From: Bacteroidota bacterium
GTDB lineage: Bacteria; Bacteroidota; Bacteroidia; UBA7662; CANHCV01
Assembly: GCA_947501265.1 (NCBI GenBank)
Contig: CANMVY010000002.1
Location: forward strand, 226,859-290,858
Reading direction: 5' to 3'
DNA: 64,000 nucleotides
The translations under genes were made by a program, and so were the position numbers. The number at the start of each line of letters is the position of its first letter. Position 1 is the stretch's first letter. The notes beneath the pieces are model-generated. The model searched no databases. It saw only the letters and a list, made by a program, of their open reading frames with translations, and was not told the origin of the DNA. This document shows positions 38,145 through 48,386 of the stretch, piece by piece.

Positions 38145-39250
38145 TGGGATTCGATTGGTCGGCCATCACGGTATTGGAAATGGCCAACGTTCTTGCTGGG
38201 CCGTCCGTTGGTTCCTTTTTCGCCCAGCTCGGAGCTCGGGTTATCAAGGTAGAAAGTGCCAATGGCGATGTTACCCGAACTTGGAAATTAGCTACCGAAG
38301 ACCCGAATAACGATCGTCCAAGCTATTTTTCTTGGATCAATGCAGGGAAAGAATCAGTCATTTTTGATTATTCCTCTGATCAGGATAAATCCATTTTACA
38401 AAACATCATCGCCCAATCCGACTTAGTTATTTCGTCTTTCAAACCGGGCGATGAAACCAAATTCGGACTTTCTCCGCAAGACATTCAAGCTATTAATCCT
38501 AGGGCCATTGTCGCCAACATTTCCGCATACGGAAAAAACGATCCTCGAGTTGGATACGATGCGCTATTGCAGGCCGAAAGTGGATTCATGTACATCAACG
38601 GGAATTCTACTGCCGATTTTCACAAAATGCCCGTGGCTTTGATCGATGTTTTGGCAGGCCATCAACTGATCCAAAAAACACTGTTGGCGTTTTTAGATCG
38701 AACTACTCATTCCATGGGGAATACCGTAGAAGTTTCCCTTTGGGAGGTTGCCCTTCAATCCCTTACCAACCAAGCATCAGCATGGCTCAATGCAGGCTTC
38801 AACCCTCAACCCATGGGGTCGGAACACCCCAACATCGTTCCTTATGGTTCCATTTTCAGAGATTCGAAGCAACAACCTTTTGTTATTGCCATTGGTTCCG
38901 ATCATCAATTCCAACTTCTGTCTGGTATTCTTGGATTTGCACTTCCCGAGCATTGGATGAAAAACTCAAATCGGGTTAAAAACCGAGATGATATTAATGC
39001 TTTGCTTCAAAATGTCTTTGCTGAAAAAAGTAGAGAAGAATGGATCCAATTACTTCAATCTAAAAAATTGCCCATTGCACCAGTATTAACCGTTTCAGAG
39101 GCATTTACAGATCCAAAAGTTGCGGAATTCATTCGAAAATCGGGAGATTTTTTTCATTGGAGAGGTCCAATGCAGAAAGAAATTGCGTTGGCGGAACCTC
39201 CTAGATTAGGAGAGCATTCTGCACAAATTCGTCAGGAGTTTTCGTCCTGA
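38144..39250 (+). CDS. CoA transferase family III (CaiB/BaiF-like)
   Basis: N-terminal LEMANVLAGP..G with the family III pattern. The start overlaps the udk stop (TAATG). Confidence 0.8.
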   Translation: MGFDWSAITVLEMANVLAGPSVGSFFAQLGARVIKVESANGDVTRTWKLATEDPNNDRPSYFSWINAGKESVIFDYSSDQDKSILQNIIAQSDLVISSFKPGDETKFGLSPQDIQAINPRAIVANISAYGKNDPRVGYDALLQAESGFMYINGNSTADFHKMPVALIDVLAGHQLIQKTLLAFLDRTTHSMGNTVEVSLWEVALQSLTNQASAWLNAGFNPQPMGSEHPNIVPYGSIFRDSKQQPFVIAIGSDHQFQLLSGILGFALPEHWMKNSNRVKNRDDINALLQNVFAEKSREEWIQLLQSKKLPIAPVLTVSEAFTDPKVAEFIRKSGDFFHWRGPMQKEIALAEPPRLGEHSAQIRQEFSS

Positions 39251-40623
39251 AATCCGCGTTCTGCTTTCCATAACTCATGAAAAGACATTTCAGCAAAGTG
39301 AATGGGGTTCCGTCGATTTCCCCAAACGGATTTGGCGAGGTGGCGAAAAACGAAATTTTTCACCGAGGCAGATCCTTGATTCATCCATGAGCGATTCAAC
39401 ATGGCTTTCTTCCAAATTTTCCAAGTAAGCCGTTCCGTTGAAGTTGAAAACTGATTTTCAACGTATTCTTTCCGATTGGTCAGTAAAATTTTGTGCAATT
39501 CGATGTTCACAGGGCAAACTTCCGTGCAGTTTCCGCACAAAGAAGAGGCGTAACTGAGGTGACCTGCTTCTTTCATTCCGTTCAGGTGCGGAGAGATAAC
39601 GGCACCAATGGGTCCAGCATAGGTGGTGCCATAGGTGTGACCACCGATGTTTTTGTAAACAGGACAGGCATTGAGACATGCACCACATCGAATGCAATAC
39701 AAAGATTGACGGGCTTCGGGTTTTGCTAAGATTTCCGTTCGACCATTATCGAGAAGAATGACGTACATTTCCTCAGGGCCGTCGGACTCTTTGCTTTGTT
39801 TCGGGCCAAAAACGAGCGAATTGTATACGGTAACAAATTGGCCTGTTCCATGAATGCCGAGCATTGGCCAAAACAGATTCAAATCGTTCATGGAGGGAAT
39901 GATTTTCTCAATTCCCGCAATGGCAATGTGCACTTTAGGATATCCGAACGACAAACGGCCATTGCCTTCATTTTCGGTCATGGCCATGCCACCTTCTTTA
40001 GCCAATAGAAAATTCACTCCTGTAATTCCTATGGCCGACTCCAAGTATTTATCGCGCAGAATTTTGCGTGCGAATGCCGCAATTTCTTGTGGTGTCGAAT
40101 TGATAGGAAGTCCAAATTTTTCATGAAACGTAAGCGCAATATCTTCTTTGGAAAGATGCATGGCCGGGGTAACGATGTGGTAGGGGGCTTCGTTTCTAAG
40201 TTGAACGATGAACTCTCCCAAATCGGTTTCAAGAACATCAATTCCATGGTCTTTCATGGCTTTATTGAGGTGAATTTCCTCGGTGACCATGGATTTGGAT
40301 TTTACAGCCTGTGAAGCTTGATGCTTTTGGAAAATTTTTAAAATTTCCGTGTTTGCTTCATCAGCATTTCTTGCCCAAATAACTTTTCCTCCACGAGCGG
40401 TAAAATTCCGTTCAAACTCAAGCAAATAGGCTTCAAGATTTTCGATGGATTTCCACTTGATGTAATTGGTTTTCTTGCGTAAATACGGCAAATCTTTGAT
40501 GAGGGCTTTCCCAATATCTACCGAATAATCGTATTTCCCAATGTTGAATTGGATTTTCCTTCGGTGTTCAGAATCGAAGGCTTTCCCATCCGATTCTTTT
40601 AAAAATTGAGAAACAACACTCAT
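39232..40623 (-). CDS. LutB/LldF-type iron-sulfur protein (LUD domain plus two 4Fe-4S motifs)
   Basis: CIRCGACLNACPVY and CGNCTEVCPV ferredoxin motifs, with an N-terminal LUD-like domain. Confidence 0.75.
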   Translation of the reverse strand: MSVVSQFLKESDGKAFDSEHRRKIQFNIGKYDYSVDIGKALIKDLPYLRKKTNYIKWKSIENLEAYLLEFERNFTARGGKVIWARNADEANTEILKIFQKHQASQAVKSKSMVTEEIHLNKAMKDHGIDVLETDLGEFIVQLRNEAPYHIVTPAMHLSKEDIALTFHEKFGLPINSTPQEIAAFARKILRDKYLESAIGITGVNFLLAKEGGMAMTENEGNGRLSFGYPKVHIAIAGIEKIIPSMNDLNLFWPMLGIHGTGQFVTVYNSLVFGPKQSKESDGPEEMYVILLDNGRTEILAKPEARQSLYCIRCGACLNACPVYKNIGGHTYGTTYAGPIGAVISPHLNGMKEAGHLSYASSLCGNCTEVCPVNIELHKILLTNRKEYVENQFSTSTERLTWKIWKKAMLNRSWMNQGSASVKNFVFRHLAKSVWGNRRNPIHFAEMSFHELWKAERGFQDENS

Positions 40624-42285
40624 TTATTTCTTGGTTTTTCGAGGTAAATCTTCGGAACGAGAAATGAGTTCGTATGCCGTTTCGTAAACCAAACGACACG
40701 CTTTTAGGTAAGAATCTAATTCAATTTTTTCAACCGAATCGGTTGGCTGGTGGTAATCTTCGTGAACTCCTTTGAAGTAAAAAATAACAGGAATCCCTTT
40801 TTCAGCAAAATTATAATGATCGCTTCGGTAGTAATACCTGTTCGGATCTTTTTCATCGTTGTAGGTATAATCCAGTTTTAGCTGGCAGCATCGATTGTTC
40901 ACTTGTTCTGAAATTTCGTGCAATCGTTGGCTAATTCGGTCTGATCCGATCAAATACAAATAATCGGTATTTCCTTGGTGAATCTGATCGTTCCTCCCGA
41001 TCATGTCAACATTCAAGTTGCAAATGATGTTTTCCTTTTTGATGGTAGGAACGTTGGAAAAAACCTCAGACCCTAAAAGTCCGCTTTCCTCCCCAGTAAA
41101 CCAAACGAATAGAATTCCATTTTGAAACGGGAAATTGGCCTTCTTTAACTCAATCATATTTTTGGCCATCATCAAAATGGCAGAAGATCCTGAGCCATCA
41201 TCGTCGGCCCCAGGATAAACTTTTCCTTCGTGGATGCCCAAATGATCCAAATGAGCAGAAACCACCACAGACTTTCCACTTTCACCGGGAATATATCCCA
41301 CCACATTTGGTTCTTCAATTTTCTCAAGATTCTTTTGAACGGAAAGAGAAACATTCATCAAAACCCCTTGATTTGCCATTGTTTTCAAGGATTGACGTGC
41401 TTTGATCATTTTTTTCCAACCAAGGGTTGGAAAAATTTCCATGGCCGAATTTTCCATGATGTAAAAAACCGGCGGACGCGTGGTTGCTTTGGGAGCTGGC
41501 TTGGGCTGTTGAGCGGGATCGGCCAACACCATTTCTTGAACTGGCATTAACTTTTCTTCCGGGGCAACATCAAAACGTTGACCTTTCAAAACATCCAAAT
41601 AGGTGGTATCAAGCTGAATACGAGGCTCTTTCCATCGATTGAGTTGAGATTGAATGGTTGCTTGGTTTTGGGTAACCACCAAAATACAAACTGCTCCTTT
41701 TTTGGATAGATTCTCAATTTTGGTTTGTAATCGTCCCCATTTACTCGCTTGCTTGCTTCCACTCAACAAATAATTTCCATTTTTTTGTTGAGGCTCCCCA
41801 TCCCAAATGATCACGCCCTTACCACGAACATCCGTTTTCGCTTCAAAGTCGGTGTATTTCGCATCTTCAATTCCATATCCAAGGAAAACCCATTCATCAA
41901 CGGTAAGTTGACTCATCCCATTCGTACGGTATGGAACAAATTGTTCTCCCAACATCACCGCTTTGGTAGAAGATGCAATGTTTGCACTTTTGATGGACTC
42001 CTTCCACATGGGAACCATTTGAAAAAATCCGGGTTCTTTTACCAAGGTGTTTGGGTTTGGATTCAATTCTTGAAAACCCCATTCCCTTAAATTTTGGGCA
42101 ATGTAATCGGCGGCCATGCGGTAACCGGGTTGGCCTACGCCTCTTCCTTGAAACGAAGGGCCGCCAATGGTTTGAATCATTTGTTCCAATTCTTCCCGAT
42201 TAAAAAACTTTAATCCTTCTTGCGGAACTTGGGAAAACAAAGAAGCGCTTAAAAACGCAAAAAATAGGAATAAAGACTTTCTCAT
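40624..42285 (-). CDS. M28 family zinc aminopeptidase with a PA domain
   Basis: HLDHLG and DDDGSG zinc ligand motifs. The signal peptide begins at the second Met. Confidence 0.8.
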   Translation of the reverse strand: MRKSLFLFFAFLSASLFSQVPQEGLKFFNREELEQMIQTIGGPSFQGRGVGQPGYRMAADYIAQNLREWGFQELNPNPNTLVKEPGFFQMVPMWKESIKSANIASSTKAVMLGEQFVPYRTNGMSQLTVDEWVFLGYGIEDAKYTDFEAKTDVRGKGVIIWDGEPQQKNGNYLLSGSKQASKWGRLQTKIENLSKKGAVCILVVTQNQATIQSQLNRWKEPRIQLDTTYLDVLKGQRFDVAPEEKLMPVQEMVLADPAQQPKPAPKATTRPPVFYIMENSAMEIFPTLGWKKMIKARQSLKTMANQGVLMNVSLSVQKNLEKIEEPNVVGYIPGESGKSVVVSAHLDHLGIHEGKVYPGADDDGSGSSAILMMAKNMIELKKANFPFQNGILFVWFTGEESGLLGSEVFSNVPTIKKENIICNLNVDMIGRNDQIHQGNTDYLYLIGSDRISQRLHEISEQVNNRCCQLKLDYTYNDEKDPNRYYYRSDHYNFAEKGIPVIFYFKGVHEDYHQPTDSVEKIELDSYLKACRLVYETAYELISRSEDLPRKTKK

Positions 42286-42286
42286 G

Positions 42287-42712
42287 TTAGCAACATTCAA
42301 TGGATGATACTCGGGTTTGATGGCGACCGCCTTCAAACGGTTCAGAAACGAAAATTTGAATCATTTCGATGGCTTGTTCAAGGGAGATGAATCGGGCAGG
42401 AAGACACATGACATTGGCATCGTTGTGTTGCCTGCACAAACGGGCAATTTCGGGTTGCCAACAAAGGGCAGCACGCACCTGGGCATGTCGATTGGCCGTG
42501 ATGCTCACTCCTACTCCACTTCCACAAATCAAAATCCCACGGTCGGCTTTTTTGTGCTCAATCATTTCAGCTAAACGATGAGCATAATCGGCGTAATTCA
42601 CAGAATCGGTTGATTCCGGACCTAAATCCTGGAATTCTAATTGAGGAAATTGGCGAATGACTTCTTGTTTCAACTCAAATCCTGCATGGTCGGAAGCGAT
42701 GATCCATTTCAT
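42287..42712 (-). CDS. rpiB: ribose 5-phosphate isomerase B
   Basis: N-terminal MKWIIASDHAGFELK in a 141 aa protein. Confidence 0.9.
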   Translation of the reverse strand: MKWIIASDHAGFELKQEVIRQFPQLEFQDLGPESTDSVNYADYAHRLAEMIEHKKADRGILICGSGVGVSITANRHAQVRAALCWQPEIARLCRQHNDANVMCLPARFISLEQAIEMIQIFVSEPFEGGRHQTRVSSIECC

Positions 42713-43536
42713 TTATCTAAGGTTTTTTCGGCACGTCGAACAACAAAAATACTAATTTCATACAATCCCCAAAGAGGGATCATCATAAGAACCAAGGAAA
42801 TTACATCGTAAGTGATTGCCGCTGCAATAACGCTGATCACCACCACCGAATGTTTGCGGTATTTCCGAAGAAACTCCGAAGTTAAAATACTCACTTTGGC
42901 TAGGAAAAAACACAAAACCGGAAACTGAAATACCAATCCTGTGGCCAAGGTTAACATGGTTAAAATGGAAATGTAACTATCGATGTTGAAATAGTTTTCA
43001 ATTTGAGGTGAGAGTTTAAAATTGGCGAAAAAAGCGATGGAAAACGGTGCAATCAAAAAATAGCCGAATAAAACGCCCGTAAAAAACAAGCCCGTAATAA
43101 TAAAGGTCATCCCGCGAACGGATTGAACTTCTTTTTGCTTCAACGCCGGTTTAACAAACGTCCACAACTGGTAAATAACAAACGGAAATGCCACAATTGC
43201 GCCAGCGATTAAACTGCCCGACATGTACCTCATGAATTGGGCATCCATATCGGTAGCAATGAGTTTGAATTCTTTCATTTCAAAACACAAGGCACCCAAT
43301 GTAGGGTATTTCTGAGCCAACTCACACAACCAACGGTAGGTTAAGAAATCAGAATGGGTTGGGCCAAAAATGATGGTATCAAAAATGAACTCCTGGTTCA
43401 ATAAGGCAATCAGAAATCCAATACCAATGGCAATAACTGATCTAAAAATGTACTTGCGAAGTTCATCGAGATGTTCTAAAAAGGACATTTCTTTTGGAGA
43501 TTCTTCTCCTTCCTTAAATTGGTCGGTATAGGCCAT
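42709..43536 (-). CDS. tatC: twin-arginine translocase subunit TatC
   Basis: 6-TM protein with the HLDELRKYIFRS and conserved TatC segments. Confidence 0.9.
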   Translation of the reverse strand: MAYTDQFKEGEESPKEMSFLEHLDELRKYIFRSVIAIGIGFLIALLNQEFIFDTIIFGPTHSDFLTYRWLCELAQKYPTLGALCFEMKEFKLIATDMDAQFMRYMSGSLIAGAIVAFPFVIYQLWTFVKPALKQKEVQSVRGMTFIITGLFFTGVLFGYFLIAPFSIAFFANFKLSPQIENYFNIDSYISILTMLTLATGLVFQFPVLCFFLAKVSILTSEFLRKYRKHSVVVISVIAAAITYDVISLVLMMIPLWGLYEISIFVVRRAEKTLDK

Positions 43537-43544
43537 GAATGCGA

Positions 43545-46130
43545 TTATTCCCCGGTTTCAGTTTTTGATTTTTTTGACGATTTCTTTTTATTTTCCAAAA
43601 CAATTTCGCCATCAGAATTTTTAGAAACGGTAATTTTATCGCCCAAATGAAGTTCACCAGACAAGATTTTTTCCGCTAATTTATCTTCGATAACCTTTTG
43701 AATGACGCGTTGCAATGGGCGTGCTCCAAAATCTGGGCTATACCCTTTCTCGGCAAGCAAGTCTTTGGCTTCATCCGTTAACTCAACCTCATATCCCAAC
43801 GTTTCGATGCGACGAATAACGTCTTTCAAGGAAACATCGATGATTTTGTGAATGTCTTCACGAGTAAGTTGATTGAATACGATTACATCATCAATACGGT
43901 TCAAAAATTCAGGTGCGAATGCACGTTTTAATGCTTTTTCAATCACCCCACGAGATTCTACATCCTCGGTTTCCTTTTTGGTGGTAGTTGTAAAACCAAC
44001 ACCCGTTCCAAAATCCTTCAATTGACGAGAACCAATGTTGGAAGTCATGATGATGATGGTATTCTTGAAATCCACTTTTCTACCCAATCCATCGGTCAAT
44101 TGTCCATCATCCAAAACCTGCAACAAAACATTGAAGATATCGGGGTGAGCTTTTTCAATTTCATCCAAAAGAATAACGGAATACGGTTTTCTACGAACCT
44201 TTTCGGTCAATTGGCCGCCTTCTTCGTACCCAACGTATCCGGGGGGAGCTCCTACCAAACGAGAAACCGAAAACTTCTCCATGTATTCACTCATGTCGAT
44301 TCGAATCAAGGAATCTTCGGAATCGAAAAGGAAGCGAGCTAATTCTTTGGCCAACTGAGTTTTACCTACTCCGGTTGGACCTAAAAACACGAAGGAGCCA
44401 ATGGGCTTTTTAGGATCTTTTAGTCCAACGCGAGTTCGTTGAATGGCTTTGGAAACAGCTTCAATGGCCTTATCTTGACCGATTACCTTGCTTTTTAAGG
44501 TATCCTTCATTTTCGCCAATTTATCAGTCTCGCTTTGAGCGATTTTTGTAACTGGAATTCCCGACATCATGGCAACTACTTGGGCAACGTCCTCATCGGA
44601 AACGGTATATCGTTTGGCTTTGGCTTCGGTTTCCCACGCGTTTTTTGCGACTGCTAATTCGTTCTCAACCAGTTTTTCTTTGTCGCGCAATTGGGCTGCT
44701 TGCTCGTATTTCGATGCCTCAATCACTTTTCTTTTTTCTACTTTGATCTCTTCAATTTGGTTTTCCAAATCTAAAATCGCGGTAGGGACTTGAATGTTGG
44801 AAAGGTGTACTCGGGCACCGGCTTCGTCCAATGCATCGATGGCTTTATCTGGCAAAAAGCGATCGGTAATGTATCTTTCCGTAAGGGTAACGCAAGCGGC
44901 GATCGCTTCTTCGGTGTATTTAACACGGTGATGATCCTCGTATTTTTCACGGATGTTTCCAATGATTTGGATGGTTTCTTCCGGAGTTGGAGGATCCACC
45001 AGAACTTTTTGGAAACGACGATCCAAGGCGCCATCTTTCTCGATGTACTGACGGTATTCGTTCAACGTTGTAGCGCCAATGCATTGAATTTCTCCTCGTG
45101 CCAAGGCGGGCTTAAACATGTTCGAAGCATCCAAGCTTCCGCTTGCTCCACCAGCACCAACGATGGTATGAATTTCGTCGATAAAAAGAATGATATCGGA
45201 ATTTTTCTCCAACTCTCCCATCACCGCTTTCATGCGCTCCTCGAACTGTCCACGGTATTTGGTACCCGCAACGAGAGATGACAAATCCAACGTAATGATT
45301 CGCTTGTTGAACAGAATACGAGAGACCTTTTTTTGCAGAATTCGAAGGGCTAAACCTTCGGCAATGGCCGTTTTTCCAACTCCTGGCTCACCAATAAGGA
45401 TGGGATTATTTTTTTTGCGACGAGATAGAATCTGAGAAACGCGTTCGATTTCCTTTTCCCGACCAATGATGGGGTCCAGCTTGCCTTCATCTGCTAATTT
45501 GGACAAATCCCTTCCGAAATTATCCAATACCGGAGTTTTGGATTTGCTGTTGTTTTGTTTTTTGTTGGAATCCGTCCCTTTTGGTTCGTCATCGTCGAAA
45601 GAATCGTCATTTCCAAATGGATTGGCTTCATTGGAAGGTTCGTTTCTGGAAAAGAAATTATCGGAAGAACTGGGTTTATTGGAATTTCCGCCTTCTCCCA
45701 TTTGCTCCATTTTCATCTTAACATTGGAATAATTCACACCGAAACGATTGAGGATTCGAGATGCGAGGCAATCTTCTTCTCGAAGGATTGAAAGCAATAA
45801 ATGAATGGTCCCAATGGTATCACTTTTGAAAATTTTTGCCTCTAAATAGGTGATTTTCAAAATCTTCTCGGCTTGCTTGGTCATGGGAATTTGCTCAATG
45901 GCATTAACTTTTGCAATTTTACCGGAATTCACGGCGTTCTCCATTTGATTTTGGAGCTGATCAATTTCTACATCAAGGGATTTAAGCACTCGAATAGCTT
46001 GACCGTCGCCTTCCCGAATCATTCCCAAAAGGAAGTGTTCCGCACCGATATGATCATGGCCCAAACGTATGGCCTCTTCTCGACTTAAATTAATGACATC
46101 TTTGACTCTAGGAGAAAATTTCGCATCCAT
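43545..46130 (-). CDS. clpC: ATP-dependent Clp protease ATP-binding subunit (ClpC-like class III HSP100)
   Basis: Two Clp_N repeats, two AAA modules (GEPGVGKT, GPTGVGKT) and a middle coiled-coil. Confidence 0.9.
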   Translation of the reverse strand: MDAKFSPRVKDVINLSREEAIRLGHDHIGAEHFLLGMIREGDGQAIRVLKSLDVEIDQLQNQMENAVNSGKIAKVNAIEQIPMTKQAEKILKITYLEAKIFKSDTIGTIHLLLSILREEDCLASRILNRFGVNYSNVKMKMEQMGEGGNSNKPSSSDNFFSRNEPSNEANPFGNDDSFDDDEPKGTDSNKKQNNSKSKTPVLDNFGRDLSKLADEGKLDPIIGREKEIERVSQILSRRKKNNPILIGEPGVGKTAIAEGLALRILQKKVSRILFNKRIITLDLSSLVAGTKYRGQFEERMKAVMGELEKNSDIILFIDEIHTIVGAGGASGSLDASNMFKPALARGEIQCIGATTLNEYRQYIEKDGALDRRFQKVLVDPPTPEETIQIIGNIREKYEDHHRVKYTEEAIAACVTLTERYITDRFLPDKAIDALDEAGARVHLSNIQVPTAILDLENQIEEIKVEKRKVIEASKYEQAAQLRDKEKLVENELAVAKNAWETEAKAKRYTVSDEDVAQVVAMMSGIPVTKIAQSETDKLAKMKDTLKSKVIGQDKAIEAVSKAIQRTRVGLKDPKKPIGSFVFLGPTGVGKTQLAKELARFLFDSEDSLIRIDMSEYMEKFSVSRLVGAPPGYVGYEEGGQLTEKVRRKPYSVILLDEIEKAHPDIFNVLLQVLDDGQLTDGLGRKVDFKNTIIIMTSNIGSRQLKDFGTGVGFTTTTKKETEDVESRGVIEKALKRAFAPEFLNRIDDVIVFNQLTREDIHKIIDVSLKDVIRRIETLGYEVELTDEAKDLLAEKGYSPDFGARPLQRVIQKVIEDKLAEKILSGELHLGDKITVSKNSDGEIVLENKKKSSKKSKTETGE

Positions 46131-46152
46131 GGAATTACCATTTTAATAGCTT

Positions 46153-46160
46153 CAAAGGTA
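46153..46160 (-). promoter_or_regulatory. Bacteroidota-type -7 box (TACCTTTG) for clpC
   Basis: Minus-strand TAnnTTTG about 22 nt upstream of the clpC ATG. Confidence 0.4.
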
Positions 46161-46251
46161 AGATTTTCTGCAAGAAAATGTAGAACCAATCCTGCACAAC
46201 TTATCAGACAATCGGCAATAATTATTCACATTTCTCTGCAAAGATTTGGGA

Positions 46252-47157
46252 TCATTTTCTCAGGAAATCAACATCGATAACCCGGCGAGGCTTCCAACCC
46301 AATTCCAGGGTAGCTTTTCGGGAATCGAATGTTAAATCCAAGGTCATTTTTTTGTACCGATGGGAATCCATCGGAAACTTCGGAAGGACATCACCACACA
46401 AAGCCAACAAACGAGCTACAAAAGTTGGAATAACGAGAGCATTTGGTTTATTCAACTGCTTCCGAAGGTGCATTTCGATTTCAAAAAAAGAAGGATGATG
46501 TTGGTCGGTAAGATTAAAAATTCCCGATTCTTGCCCATGAAGTTGCAGGCAAAATTGAGCCACATCCTCGGCCAAAACCATCGATTTTCGGGCTGAACCT
46601 TTACCAAGGCGAGGATACCGATTCTTGGTAATTGCCGCGATCATTTCACCCAAGTTCCCGGGCGGATTTGCTCCGGCCAACAACGGAATTCGGAAAATAA
46701 TGACCGGTACTCCATGTTCTTTACCCCAAAGCGTCACCAATTCTTCCGCTTCTATTTTCGATTTACCGTAAGGTTCTTCAGACAAAAGCGGATCACTCTC
46801 GGAAATGTTGTTCCCATTCCACAACCCGTAAACCGATACTGTGCTGATGAAAACAAATTGTTTCACTTTCACGCCCTGTAAACCTTCCAAAAAATGCTTC
46901 AAGCCGGAAACATTCACATCAAAAAAATCTTGTTTTTCCGCTTCCGTTTTGGGCACAAGATGCGCTTTTCCAGCGGCAAATATCACTTTTTCAAACTCCT
47001 CCTTTGGAATTTGTGGCACTTCCCTTTTCAAATCGCAAACCACCTGATTGGCCGAAGAACGACCTACGCTCATCATAGAAAAACCAAATTCTTCACAAGC
47101 TTTCAAAAGGTATTTTCCTAAAAATCCGGAAGACCCGGTTAACAGCACTTTTCTCAT
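46252..47157 (-). CDS. NAD-dependent epimerase/dehydratase (sugar nucleotide-modifying SDR)
   Basis: LTGSSGFLG Rossmann motif and a YxxxK site (YGKSK). Confidence 0.75.
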   Translation of the reverse strand: MRKVLLTGSSGFLGKYLLKACEEFGFSMMSVGRSSANQVVCDLKREVPQIPKEEFEKVIFAAGKAHLVPKTEAEKQDFFDVNVSGLKHFLEGLQGVKVKQFVFISTVSVYGLWNGNNISESDPLLSEEPYGKSKIEAEELVTLWGKEHGVPVIIFRIPLLAGANPPGNLGEMIAAITKNRYPRLGKGSARKSMVLAEDVAQFCLQLHGQESGIFNLTDQHHPSFFEIEMHLRKQLNKPNALVIPTFVARLLALCGDVLPKFPMDSHRYKKMTLDLTFDSRKATLELGWKPRRVIDVDFLRK

Positions 47158-48386
47158 GGCCTTAATTTTTTCATCCATTGAAAATATTCTTCAGCCAATT
47201 GATCCCGATTGAACCTGGTTTCTCCAAGCATTTTTGAATGAGCGGCCATTTCATTCCTTTCTTCTTCAGAATCCACCATTCTCTCAATGGCTTTTCCAAA
47301 TTCTACAGGATTCTCTTGGGGAACATTGATGCCACAAGGAACTTCAAGAAACAAGGTTTTGATCCACCCTTGAGTATTTTGAATGAGAGGAACACCAGCA
47401 GCGAAAGCATCAAATAGCTTGTTGGGGGAGCTGGTTTGAAAAACTTCCAAGTTGCGAAAAGTAACCAGTGCAGCATACGCATTTTGCAACCAACCAATCA
47501 CTTCTACTTTTGGTATTAACCCAAGAAAATCAATGTTTTGAATTTTTAATGTTCGCGCAAGTTCCATGAGTTGAGGCTTTTCTGCTCCTTCCCCAATGAT
47601 AACAAAACAAACTTCTGGCCGAGGGGCGAACGCTGAAATTCCACGAATCATTTGCTCGCAATTGTCCATGGCTCCCAAAGAACCCGTGTAAACGATGATT
47701 TTTTTACCATGGTATTTTTCCGGCAAAACAAACGAGGTTTTCTTTTGAAAAAGCTCAACATCGCTGGCATTGGGAATGGTTCGAACATCCAATTTGGGGA
47801 ATCGTTTTTGGATATTTTCCGTCATTCCATCCGAACAAGTAATAATAAAGTCCGACGCTTGATAAAAGGTTTTTTCGGCAAAAAGAGCAATTTTTTGAAG
47901 TCCCTTTTTTCGAATCATTCCCAACTCAATGGCTCCCAAAGGCCATAAATCACGAACTTCAAAAATCAATTTTTTACGTCGAATCCACTTGGCTACCAAG
48001 CCAGGCAGTCCGATGGTAATGGGACCAGAAGAAGCGATAGCGATGTCGTAATTCTCTACCAAAGCGTACCAAAGCGAGAAAAATGAAAATCCGAGAAACG
48101 TATAAATTCGCTTCCAAATGGGGTGTTTGTTGGATTGAGGAAGGTTAATGATTTTAACTTTGATGCCTTCAAAATTTTGGGTATCAAAAAACCGCTGAGC
48201 TGAAATATCGGATTTGTCGTAAGGACTGGTCACCACCGTGACTTCAGCTCCTTGGGCAACCCACCTTCGGCACATTTCGTAAACCCGGGTGCTCCAACCG
48301 CCTTTTGGGGTACCAAAGTATTGGTAAAAAACAATGATTTTCAAGATTTTGATTTTTGGATGGCCGATTCGAACAAACTTTTCCAT
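47154..48386 (-). CDS. family 4 glycosyltransferase
   Basis: GT-B fold with an EX7E-like C-terminal region. It overlaps the upstream gene's end. Confidence 0.8.
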   Translation of the reverse strand: MEKFVRIGHPKIKILKIIVFYQYFGTPKGGWSTRVYEMCRRWVAQGAEVTVVTSPYDKSDISAQRFFDTQNFEGIKVKIINLPQSNKHPIWKRIYTFLGFSFFSLWYALVENYDIAIASSGPITIGLPGLVAKWIRRKKLIFEVRDLWPLGAIELGMIRKKGLQKIALFAEKTFYQASDFIITCSDGMTENIQKRFPKLDVRTIPNASDVELFQKKTSFVLPEKYHGKKIIVYTGSLGAMDNCEQMIRGISAFAPRPEVCFVIIGEGAEKPQLMELARTLKIQNIDFLGLIPKVEVIGWLQNAYAALVTFRNLEVFQTSSPNKLFDAFAAGVPLIQNTQGWIKTLFLEVPCGINVPQENPVEFGKAIERMVDSEEERNEMAAHSKMLGETRFNRDQLAEEYFQWMKKLRP

